From Eledone cirrhosa (lineage: Eukaryota), in contig OZ024744.1 of NCBI GenBank assembly GCA_964016885.1, positions 99,634,001-99,698,000 on the forward strand: a stretch of DNA of 64,000 bases, given 5' to 3'. The notes below the pieces were generated by a model, which searched no databases, was not told the origin of the DNA, and worked only from the letters and a program-made list of their open reading frames with translations. Below, piece by piece: positions 39,770 through 52,354 of the stretch; position 1 is the first letter of the stretch, and each line of letters opens with the position of its first letter. The position numbers were made by a program, and so were the translations under genes.

Positions 39770-40168
39770 TGGAAAATAGAACTTGTTTGAAACCATTTTT
39801 TACTTTCGTATTTTTTTTTTTTTTTTTTTTTTTTTTTCTTTTTAAATCGTGTTGAATATATGAGTGTGTATGTGTTGGAATATAGGCAGAGTTGTTAGAA
39901 CGATAGATAGAATGTTTTGGGGGTATTCATTCCAGCTCTCTGCCCTCTGAGGTCAACTTTGGCTACATACATACACACACACACACACACACATACATAC
40001 ATACATACATACATACATACATACATACATACATACATACATACATACATACATACATACATACATACATACATACATACACGCACGCATGCACACACAG
40101 ACATACACACACATACAGACATACATGCATACATACATATATTGATATAAGTGTGTGAGTATACTTGG

Positions 40169-40199
<31 letters not shown>

Positions 40200-40427
40200 G
40201 TTTTATGAATTCTTTAAAGAGAAAGTTAGGTGTTGAATTGGCAGAGTGGTTAGAATGTTGGATAGAATGCTTTGCAGTATTCATTTCAGCTCTCTGCTCT
40301 CCGAGTTCAAATCCTACCAACTTCATCAACTTTACCTTTCATCCACTCAAGGCTGATAAAAAAAAATAGTACCAGTTTAGTACTGGGGTGGATTCTTTCT
40401 CTATATCTCTTTCTCATTTCCATTCTC

Positions 40428-40528
<101 letters not shown>

Positions 40529-40740
40529 CTCTGGAAGAAATCTGCTGTATTCAGACCTGGAGAAGTAATGGGCTTCACTAGGTTTATAAATACCCTAAAA
40601 AGCTGTATGTCAATATGGCGACCCCTACAACTCCCTCGGGAGTTACAGGACCATACACCACATACATACATAGAAAATATGAAAACCACTTTCAGTAAAT
40701 TGATACTATGGGTTAGAAATTGTTTAATATTTTAATATGA

Positions 40741-42000
40741 AATATATAATATACTTTGTACATTACATTACACTAGTTTATATTTTAATATTAGATATAA
40801 GATATATAATATACTTTGTACATTACATTACACTAGTTTATATTTTAATATTAGATATAAGATATATAATATACTTTGTACATTACATTACACTAGTTTA
40901 TATTTTAATATAAGATATAAGATATATAATATACTTTGTACATTACATTACAACATTTTATATTTTAATATTAGATATAAGATATATAATATAAAATATT
41001 GTAATGTAATGTACACAGTATATTTCAATATTTTATATTTTAATATTCGATATAAGATATATAATATACTGTGTACAGTATATTTCAATATTAAATATAT
41101 CGTGTATATAATATACTATGTACATTACATTACAATATTTAATATTCCAATATTAGATATAAGATATATAATATACTGTGTACAGTATATTTCAATATTA
41201 AATATATCGTGTATATAATATACTATGTACATTACATTACAATATTTAATATTCCAATATTAGATATAAGATATATAATATACTGTGTACAGTATATTTC
41301 AATATTAAATATATCGTGTATATAATATACTATGTACATTACATTACAATATTTAATATTCCAATATTAGATATAAGATATATAATATACTGTGTACAGT
41401 ATATTTCAATATTAAATATATCGTGTATATAATATACTATGTACATTACATTACAATATTTAATATTCCAATATTAGATATAAGATATATAATATACTGT
41501 GTACAGTATATTTCAATATTAAATATATCGTGTATATAATATACTATGTACATTACATTACAATATTTAATATTCCAATATTAGATATAAGATATATAAT
41601 ATACTGTGTACAGTATATTTCAATATTAAATATATCGTGTATATAATATACTATGTACATTACATTACAATATTTAATATTCCAATATTAGATATAAGAT
41701 ATATAATATACTGTGTACAGTATATTTCAATATTAAATATATCGTGTATATAATATACTATGTACATTACATTACAATATTTAATATTCCAATATTAGAT
41801 ATAAGATATATACTGTGTACAGTATATTTCAATATTAAATATATCATGTATATAATATACTCTGTACATTACATTACAATATTTAATATTCCAATATTAG
41901 ATATAAGATATATAATATACTATGTACATTACATTACAACATTTTATATTTTAATATTAAATATATTAGATAAATGATATACTGTGTACATTACATTACA
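40741..42000. repeat. AT-rich satellite: 60-bp units switching to 107-bp units
   Basis: Near-identical 60-nt lines at 40741-40990. TACTGTGTACAG recurs at 41174, 41281, 41388 (period 107). Confidence 0.9.
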
Positions 42001-42489
42001 ATATTCCATTAAGAAATTACATTAAGTTAATTAAGCTAGATGAAATATTTTCTTGATCAACTGAAAGCATTTTTTCAGAAAATGTCTACTGTGACAAAAC
42101 ACCCATTCACTCTTTCATTCATTTTCTCTCTCTCTCTCTCATTCATTCGCTCTCACATTCCCTCTTAGCCATGCACTCTCATTCTTTCTCTAATCCATTC
42201 CCTCTCTTACCCATCCACTCTCTCACTCTCTAATACACTCTCCCTCACTCTCTCCAAAACCAGTAAACATTCTGGACATTACAATCTTTTTATGAATTTT
42301 ATTTTTTCATGAATAACTTATTACTGACTTATTACTGACTATTACCGTTGATTTTTATAACATTTCTTTTTAAAAAATGGATGAATGGATATATACATAT
42401 ATGTATAAAATATTGCTCTTTAAAAAAATGGATGAATGGATATATATATATCCATTCCTTCATTTTTAAAGAGCAATATTATATATATA

Positions 42490-43190
42490 TAACATTGGTC
42501 TTTAAAAATTACAAACAAAATATTCATAGAAATAATTTGCTAACTCAAACAAAGACGAGCTGTCAAAACAACCAAGTGGTGTCAATGACAGCATGTAAGT
42601 TGGGTAAAAATACCAGAGGACAGAAATCAGTGGTCAGTAGTTGGTAGAGAGAGAAGTAAAGTTGTGAGGTGAGTGACAGGTAGATGAAATATAGAGAGGA
42701 GGAGAGGGAGGGAGGGGTAAAAATACCTCAGAGGACTGAAGTCAGTGACCAGTGGTCTGTAAAGCTGTGAGGTGGGTGACAGGTAGATGAAATATCGAAA
42801 AGATTAAGAGAAGAGAAGAAGGGGTAAAAATACCTCGGAGGACAGGAATCAGTGACCAGTGGTCAGTAAAGAAAGAAGTAAAGCTGTGAGGTGAGTGACA
42901 GGTAGATGATATATAAAGATGATTGAGAGAGAAGAGAGGGAGGGGTAAAAATACCTCAGAGGACAAGTCAGTGACCAGTGGTCAGTAAATATGTAAGGTA
43001 GGTGACAGGTCGATGAAATATAGAAAAGATTAAGAGGAGATTCCTGACCACAGTTATTTTTACCCAACTTACTTGTTGTCATTGACACCATTTGGTTGTT
43101 TTAACAGCTCGTCTTGTTTTTGAGTTTTGAAATTATTTCTATGAATTTCAAATACACTCTTCATCTCGGTGATTTTTGAGACAATGTTTA
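42490..43190. mobile_element. Foldback/MITE-like element with long imperfect TIRs and internal tandem repeats
   Basis: 42520-42612 is the reverse complement of 43055-43146. Internal repeats of about 120 bp (TCAGTGACCAGTGGTC...AAAATACCTCAGAGGAC). Confidence 0.7.
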
Positions 43191-44399
43191 TTTATAAACA
43201 AAATATTGTCTCATATAACCTAAACAATGAAGATTATGGTTAAAATAAAAAAATAATAAATTGGTAGTTATTTCCATAGTAATTTTCCAAGGATATTTCA
43301 ATTGAGTTTTAAAATATTTACATGTTACATTATTTACACATAGTATGGTGGATTGGCAGCATCGGTAGAGGGTCGGATGCCATGCTGTGCAGCATAGAGT
43401 TACACCCCTTTATGGTCTGAGTTCAGATCCTGCCGAGGTTAACTTTGTCTTTCGTCCTTACGGGGTGGTCGATAAAATAAAGTACCAGTAATGTACTGGG
43501 TAATTGATGGCCTTGTGCCAAAAGTAGAAACAATTATTTACACATAGTAGTAATTTAGGGGGAAGAAAAATTTGATGTTTACAAATATAATATTTTGTAC
43601 TAAAAAAAGAAAAAAATTATCCACTTTTTTTTTTTTTTTTTTAATATTCTTTCACTGGTAGACTTACCAAACATTGGAAGTTAATCAATAAATATTGTAT
43701 TGAATTTTTTTACCTGCACAAATAAATTGAAAACGATTCTGTTTGTTATTTATTGTATCTGTGACTTGATGATTGAAATATTGATGTTTTTTGTTTTGTT
43801 TTTGTTTTCATCATCATCATCATCATACACCCACCTTCCATACTGACAGGGTTAGACAGGCTGCTACGGTCAGTCCTTGTTCATACATTCCATATTTGCA
43901 TGGTTTCTAATGGCTGGATACCCCTGCCCAATCATCAACCATTTTACAGAGTGTACTGTGTGCTGGATGTCTTTTATCATGGCACCAACACTAACACTTT
44001 ACTAAATGGACTGGTCACATTTTATTGTGGCACCAGCACTACCACTTTACTTTGTGGGTTGGGTGCATTTTATGTGGTACTGGATGTTAGGAGCTAATGT
44101 GGTTTCATATGGTACAGGATGTTAAGAGTTAACGTGGTTACCTGTGGTACAGGACGTTAAGAGCTACTATGATTTCATGTGGTAAAGGATGTTAAGAATT
44201 AATGTGGTTTCATGTGGTACAGGATGTTAAGAGCAAATGTGGTTTCATGTGGTACAGGATGTTAAGAGTTAATGTGGTTTCATGTGGTACAGGACATCAA
44301 GTAGTAATTACTTGCTCTGGGGAACTTCAATGTCATCTTACTCAACATTGTAACCAAATTTTGAGACTATTCTCTTATCTGCAGAAAGAAGTCCCATGG

Positions 44400-46290
44400 T
44401 AGAAAAGACCAGTTATTTATTGACAAGATGGTATTAAGGAACTGCAAGAGGAGGCATAATGGTCTTGCCATGGGATGGATAGATTACAAGAAGGCATTTG
44501 ACATGGTACCTTATTCTTGGATAACTAAAAGCTTAAGTAGTAGTATGAAGTCCTGGCAAACAGAGCTAACATCAGGTGGAGAATCCTTGGGACGAGTGAA
44601 GATCAAGAGAGGTATCATCCAAGGAAATAGTTTGTCCCCTTTGTTGTTGTCCTTGCCTTCATACCCTTCTCCCTCATATTGCGAAAAGTGAGAACATGGA
44701 CAATCTAAAACTCTTTGGGAAAAGTGAGGAGTTGGATGTACTTGTTAACACTGTCCATATTTTCAGTAATGATATATGTATGGAATTTGGTGTTAATAAG
44801 TGTGGAGTCCTAGTGATGAAGAGGGGTAAATTGAACAGATGCAATGGAATCCAGGTACCAACAGGTGAGATGATAAAGGAAATCGACACTGAAGAGGGAT
44901 ACAAATATTTGGGTGCTCTGGAGGCAGATGACATCGAGAACAATAAAATGAAGGAATTGATAAGATCTGAATACTTAAGGAGAGATGAACATACTAAAAT
45001 CACATCTATTATTAGGTACATCTATTTAGGGTGGTGAATTGGCAGTATCGGTAGAGGGTCGGACGACATGCTTTCCAGCATAGTTACGTCCCTTTACGGT
45101 CTGAGTTCAAATCCTGTCAAGGTTAACTTTGCCTTTCATCCTTACGGGGTCGATAAAATAAAGTACCAGTAATGTACTGAATAATTGCTGGCCTTGTGCC
45201 TAAAGTAGAAACAATTATTAGGTACACTGTGGGAATTCTGAAATGGAATGTTAATGAACAAAAAGAAATGGATAGGAAGCTAATGACAACCTATAGCATA
45301 TCCCACAAGAGGAGTGATGTTGGTAGACTCTATTTAAAGAGATCTGGAGGTGGAAGAGGTCTTATCAGCATAGAGGACTGTGTTCAGATGGAGAAAAACA
45401 GTCTGCACAAATATGTGTCTGAGAGTAGGGAGCCAATGCTAAAAATTGTACTGAAAGAGAAGACAATAGACCAGGGGATGTCCAAGGAGGAAGATGATGA
45501 TGAAGAGCAACTTACATGAAAAATCCTTTGTAGCACCTTTTTAAAAAAACGGAATTCAGAGATCCACAGACATGGAGCTGGTTAAAAAGAGGAGACCTTA
45601 AAAAAGCTACAGAGGGAATGATACTGGCTGAACAGGAGCAAGCTTTCAGAATGACATGGGTGAAACACCATATTGACAAGGAGGAGGCTAACCCACTCTG
45701 TAGAATCTGTGGAGAGAGGAAACTGGCTTACACCGTATCCGAGTGTAAACACCTAGCCTAGACTCACTATAAAGGTTGGAGACATGATGTCAGGAAAGGT
45801 GATTCACTGGCATTTATGCAAAGTAAATAATTTATCACATTCTGAGAAGTGGTATGAGTATAAGCCAGAGTCAGTGATAGAAAACGATCTAGTGAAGGTA
45901 TTATGGGATTTCAATAGGCCTGACCTGGTGGTTTTTGACAAGGAGCCTGTTTGTAGATGTAACCTGCCCCTTCGACAAAATAGTGCAAGAAAAGGAGAGG
46001 GAGAAAATTAACCGATACCAGGATTGAAAGTGGGAGTTAAAAAGGATTTGGAACTGCCATGAGATCAAGGTCGTCTCAATTGTCATAGGAGCACTAGGTA
46101 CTATCTTGAAGAGTTTCCAAGAACATTAGCCCAACCCTACCTTTTTTGGAACACTTCAAAAGGCATGCTTGCTGGGAACAACAAGAACCCTCTGATACGT
46201 CCTGAATATCTGAGGCTGCAGGTAGCGGCTTGATATTCATCTGAACAAACTTTCCAGTTAAATAACATCAATGACTGAGACTCAAAGGAA
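44400..46290 (+). mobile_element. Decayed R4/Dong-like non-LTR element (RT-CCHC-REL)
   Basis: [46 protein letters not shown] inserted at about 45028-45220. Ends at (TAA)n. Confidence 0.85.
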
Positions 46291-46551
46291 AATAATAATA
46301 ATAATAATAATAATGTTTCTACTTTTGGCACAAGGCCAGCAAATACCCCAGTGTGTTACTGGTACTTTATTCTATCAACCCTGTAGGGATGAAAGGCAAA
46401 GTTAATAATAATTGTTTCTACTTTAGGCACAAGGCCAGTAATAACCCAGTACATTACTGGTACTTTATTTTATCGACCCCGTAAGGATGAAAGGCAAAGA
46501 GAACCTCGGCGGGATTTGAACTCAGATCGTAAATAATAATAATAATAATAA

Positions 46552-47930
46552 ATTAGATGCTGAAACAGTCATAAAAGAGCAGGAATAAACTTCTAAATAC
46601 TTAGGGATTAATGAGGGCTCTGGCATTTAGCATGCAAATATGAAAGAGAGGATAAGGAAGGAATGTTACAGGAGAGTACGTGCAGTTCTGAAATCAGAAC
46701 TAAATGTTCGTAACAAGGTGTTAGCCATAAATTCCTTGGCAGTCCCAGTTGTCACTTATAGCTTCGGTGTGTTGAACTGGAATATGAGTGAAATCAAAAG
46801 AATCGACACCAAAATCCGTAAGCTACTGACCTGTAATAGGATGCACCACCCAAAAGCAGATGTGGATCGTCTTTACCTTCCTAGAACTCAAGGAGGCCGT
46901 GGCCTGATCCAATTTCAACTTACCTACAAGACCACCACTATTGGACTGGCCAAATACCTTGAAACAAAAAACGATTGTATTCTGAAACTTGTTGAAAAAC
47001 AAGAGAGAAGTAAGAAGCTTCATTCTATCTTGAAGGGGAGCAAAAAATATGCTACTGATCTCATGCTTGATCTCCAATTGGACTGACTGAGGAAACTGTT
47101 GCAATTGTTGCTAAACACATAAAATTAATGGCAAAAGCAAAAGGGCAAGAGCAACTAGCATCAAAGTGGGAGCAGAAATCTCTGCATTGCAAATATGTGG
47201 CCCGTAGCAAACAAGCTGATGTTGACCAAAAGCACACCCATCAGTGGCTACGTAGCTCAGGGCTAGATGCAGAGAGCGAAGGCTTCGTCTTAGCTGCCCA
47301 AGATCAAAGCTTACTGACACAGAATTACCACGCCAATGGAGAAATGGAGTAAACCCAAAGTGCCAATTCTGCAATGCTGAGGTTGAAACAGTGGACCACC
47401 TAGTTTCTGGATGTAAAGTTTTAGCACCTGTAGAGTACAAATATAGACATGACAGAGTTGGCCAATATCTACACTGGCTAATATGTCGGCATTACAAAAT
47501 CAAAGCTGGAGACAAGTGGTACAATCATCACCCTGAGGCTGTAACTGAAGGAGAAAAAGTAACAATTCTCTGGGACTTTCCTGTACATACTGACAGGACC
47601 ATAAAAGCAAATAGACCTGACATCATTGTAAAAGACCAACATAGCAAGGTCTGTTTACTGAGTGATATGAGCTTCCTATGTGATCACAATATCACGGCAA
47701 AAGAATTTGACAAGCTAAGAAAATATAAAGATCTGCTTATTGAAATCGAAATAATGTGGCACCTCAAGGCTGTTACAATACCAGTGATTGTGGGAGGACT
47801 GGGAATGATCAAGAAAGGAACAGAACAATATTTGTGAACGATTCCTGGTTTACCCTCTCTGCAAGAGGTGCAAAAAATTGTTTTGACTGGTACTGCACAC
47901 GTATTGAGAAGAGCACTATCTCTGTAAGAT
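46552..47930 (+). mobile_element. 5'-truncated R4/Dong-like non-LTR element, frameshifted
   Basis: RMHHPKADVDRLYLPR..GGRGL, AQDQSL, C..C....ETVDHL..GC, RHD, RPDI, K..KYKDL. Confidence 0.88.
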
Positions 47931-48799
47931 TGATATCCCTCCTTGTATGGATGTGTGTGTGTGTGTGTGTGCATCTTTTATATATGTATGTGTAAATATG
48001 TGTATGGGTATGTATTTGTATCTGTGTGTGTATGTATGTATATGTATATATATATATGTGTGTATATGTATAAGTGTGTATGTATGTGTACGAGTGTATA
48101 TATATCTGTGTATGTATATGTGTGTATCTGTGTGTATGTATACGTGTATGTATATATGAGAGATGACCCCTTAGCCTTTGTCAAGGCAGAACTCTAGGAG
48201 AAGGAAAACTCTGATATAACACCTGCAACCCTGATGGTATCCAATGATGTTGACTTGTTCTTCTTTTTGGTAAATATCATCTTGGTTAAGAGAGTGGGAC
48301 TGGTTTTGTGCAGTGCCTTTGCTCACTATAAATGCTTCACGGCACAGGCATTGCTTTATATCTGGAGATCTCTCTGCACTTGTCGTTACATGGTACCATG
48401 GGCCTAGCACTATGTGTCAATAATTGTCACAAGTGTAGTGTTTGTACCAGAGTTTTCAAGTCGCTGGCCGGACTGAAAAGTCACATTCGTTCAGCGCATC
48501 GGTAGGGGTTCTCCTACATGGATATAAAGTAGTGGCCGTACTCGAAAACGAGTTGGCAGCCACCATGTGTATATATATGTGTGTGTGTATATATATTTAT
48601 ATATATATTTTTTTTATTTTATTTTTTATATATATATATATTTTTTTTAAGTTGTAAATTATAATCAATGTGGTGTGTTAACTGGCTTACCAAGGTATAC
48701 AGTGACTTTATTTGCCCTAGGTGTCAGGAAGACACTCAACATATATCAGAAAGAATACTGAAGGAAAAGGATAAACAATAATTATAATAATAATAATGA

Positions 48800-49405
48800 T
48801 GATTTCATTTATTGGCCACAAGGGCCGACATAGAGGGGACAATACAAAAGACTGGGACAGTGGGGTTTTACAGAAAAATCGAGTAAACAATATGAATAAC
48901 AATAACAAAGTAACAACAAAATTACAACAAGAAAAAATTCCCCAATGGGGGGATGACCACCTAGGGTTCGCTCAGGTACCCCACCAATCCTGAATGACCC
49001 GACGCTTCGAGAGCACTCTGGAAGGGCACCCCCTCTCCTCTTCAAATTTTCCTACCTACAGCCGCATGACCAGAGTAGGCCCACTCACACGGGCCATTCT
49101 CGCTGCATTCACCCACTTTTCAGCAAATGTACTGGGGGGCAGCACTTCTCTCTCCACCCTCACCTTCCTTTCCAAGTGAAACTTGAAAAAGTTGATGAGG
49201 GATTGGCCGAAGAGAAAAGTGTCTGTCTTCAGTCCTTTCAACCTCGTCCACCATACAACCTCTTTCGCTACTGCCACCAGACAGAGGAAAATTGCCTGCC
49301 CTTCCTGGCCAAAAGAAGGCAGCGGGTCGATCTTCACTATGGACTCGGTCGATAGCCGGATCCATTCTACAAGAAGCACAACAGCTGTTCGACATAACTC
49401 CACAA
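48800..49405 (-). mobile_element. Tx1/L1-clade LINE 3' fragment (second copy 49620-50175, UTR piece 52376-52580)
   Basis: FLCLVAVAKEVVWWTR....FFKFHL.RKVRVER.......F...W, a C-terminal motif of Tx1-type ORF2. Confidence 0.7.
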
Positions 49406-50384
49406 GTCAGAATAATAATAATAATAATTGTTTCTAGTTTTGGCACAGGCCAGAAATTACCCAGTGCATTACTGGTACTTTATTTTATCGACCCTGTAAG
49501 GATGAGAGGCAAAGTTAACCTCGGCGGGATTTGAACTCAGAATGGCAAGGCCCGTAACTCTATGCATCAAAGCATGGCGTCCGACCCTCTACCGATTCTG
49601 CCAATCATAATAATAATAATAACGCTTTCTTTATTAACCACAAGGGTTGACACAAAGTATAACATTAAGGACAGTACAGGACAGTACAGGACGGTACAAA
49701 TGGGCATTTCTGTGTGTAAAAAATAAAAACAGAGGATTTAACCATAAAAGAAACAATGAAAAATTCCCCAATAGGGGGGAGACCTCCGAGGGTTGCTAGT
49801 GAAGAAAGCCCACAAGAAAAGCCACGGTTACCCTGACCGCTAGGGCAAGTGCCTTCTTCCAGTTTTCCTCCTACGATGTTACAGGCTCACGCTCAGGGTG
49901 GGCCCATTCACACTGGCCTCTCTCACCCACCTCTCAATAAACTGGCTGGAAGTCAACACTTTCCTCTCCACCCTGATTTTCCTTTTCAGGTGAAACCTGA
50001 AAAGGTTAATGAGGGCATCACCGAAGAGGAAAGTACCTGTCTTCAATACTTTCAGACATGTCCACCATATGATCTCTTTTACCATGGCCACCAGGCAGGT
50101 AATAACTGCCTGCCCTTTCCGGCTAAAAGAAAGCAGCCGGGCAATCCTCACGATGGACTCAGCTGATAGCCTGATCAATAATAATAATAATAAATGTTTC
50201 TGCTTTTGGCACAAGGCCAGCAAATACCCAGTACATTACTGGTACTTTATTTTATCGATCCCGTAAGGTTGAAAGGCAAAGTTAACCTCGGCGGGATTTG
50301 AACTCAGATCATAAAGGGACGTAACTCTATGCTTCAAAGCATGGCGTCTGACCCTCTACCGATACTGCCAAACCACCGCCCTTT

Positions 50385-50445
<61 letters not shown>

Positions 50446-50446
<1 letters not shown>

Positions 50447-52354
50447 TTGTCATTCAGTATGAGGACATGGAGAACGACACTCCTTTTGAATAGTGAAACA
50501 AAATCACTGGAAGCTGGAGAAGTTAACATTAATTGTGGAATTTTTCAGGGTGACTCTTTATCACCGCTTTTATTCTGCATCGCACTTATACCATTAAGTA
50601 AAATGCTCAATGAAACAAAACATGGATATAGAGTCTATGACAAAACCATTAATCACCTGTTCTACATGGATGACCTGAAACTATTTGCAAAAAATGATGA
50701 ACAATTGCAAGGGCTATTATCCACTGTGAAGCAGTTCAGTGATGACATTAAAATGGAGTTTGGACTGGATAAATGCGCCAAAGCAACGTTCACCAGAGGA
50801 AAGCTGCTGAAGAGTTCAGACATTAATCTTGATCGGGGGAACGTGATAAGAGAGCTTGATCAAGAACAAACTTACAAATATTTAGGTGTTTGTGAAGGAG
50901 ACGGAATCAAGCACTCGACAATGAGGGAAAGGATAAGGAAGGAATGTTACCGCAGAGTCAGAGCAATCTTAAGAACGGAATTGAATGCAAGGAATAGGAT
51001 CGATGCCATAAACACGCTTGCCATACCAGTAGTAACCTACAGTTACAATGTCATCAACTGGTCAAGCACAGAGATCCGTAGGCTCGATACAAAAATCCGA
51101 AAATTCTTAACCATGCACAGAATGCATCACCCTAAGGCAGACATAGATAGAATATATCTCCCTAGGAAAGAAGGAGGACGTGGGTTAATCCAGTTAGACA
51201 TTGCGTTGAAAACTGCAACAATTGGATTATCCACATATCTAAGGGAATCACATGATTGGATGATCAAACTCGTTTTGAAACACGAAAGCACCAAAAGATC
51301 ATATTCCATTACAAAAGATGCACAAAGATACAGTAATGGACTACAAATTTCAGAAGTCCCATTTACTGCTGAAATGGAAAACACAGAAAAAGCAAAGCAG
51401 GTAAAAGTAACTGCAAAGAAAGAACTGCTACAGAAACTGGCTAAGAAATGGCAAGAAAAGCCTCTGTATGGAAAATACCCAGAGCGAGCTAACAATCCTG
51501 ATGTTGACAAAACTTTAACCCATCAGTGGTTGGCATCCTCTGGACTGAAATCGGAGACTGAAGGACTGATTATATCCGCACAAGATCAGTGTCTGCCAAC
51601 AAAAAATTACCAAGCCAACATAATAAAAAATGGGTGCAGCCCATTATGCCGTGTATGCAAAAAACAACCAGAGACCATTGACCATATAATTTCAATGTGC
51701 AGTCCTATAGCTCCAACCGAATACCTAAACAGGCATGACAGAGCTACACAATACATACATTGGATAATGTGTAAGCATTTTGACCTGCCCCATCAAAAGA
51801 ATTGGTGGGAGCATCAACCACCTCCCATACTTGAAAAAGATCACATCTCAATCTTGTGGAACTTTAGCATCCAAACAGACCGAAAAATAGATGCAAATAG
51901 ACCTGATATAATATTGAAGGACTTTCAAAGGAGGGTATGCCTGCTAATTGATATGTCTGTTCCAATAGACAAGAATGTATCTATAAAAACATTTGAAAAA
52001 TTGAGCAAGTATAAGGACCTGGAGATAGAAATTGGAAAAATGTGGAAATTGAGAACTAAAACAATACCAGTGGTTGTAGGCGCTCTGGGAATGATACCTA
52101 AGGGGTCTAACGACTACTTATCGCAAATCCCAGGAAACCCGCGTATAGGAGAAATACAAAAGATAGTACTAATGGGAACTGCCCATATACTAAGGAAGAT
52201 CCTGTCAATATAAGTACATCACAAGTCTAAACACTAAGGATGCATGTGTGAATATGTGTGTTCTTTCTTGAACATGGCGGACCTTGTTGTCTCTTGAGGT
52301 CACTGGTTGTGACTTGGTGATAACTCGTATAAACATAAAGCAAGATAAATGCAA
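50446..52354 (+). mobile_element. Young 5'-truncated R4/Dong-like non-LTR retrotransposon, 588-aa open ORF (50447-52213)
   Basis: GIFQGDSLSPLLF, YMDDLKL, CRVC...ETIDHIISMC, RHD, RPDI, IDMSVP, EKLSKYKDL (REL endonuclease). Flanked by (TAA)n on both sides. Confidence 0.93.

Noticed and set aside
50447-52213. 588-aa host gene or complete autonomous element
   Set aside because: It starts mid-RT at a TTG directly after (TAA)n, so it is a 5'-truncated retrotransposon copy.
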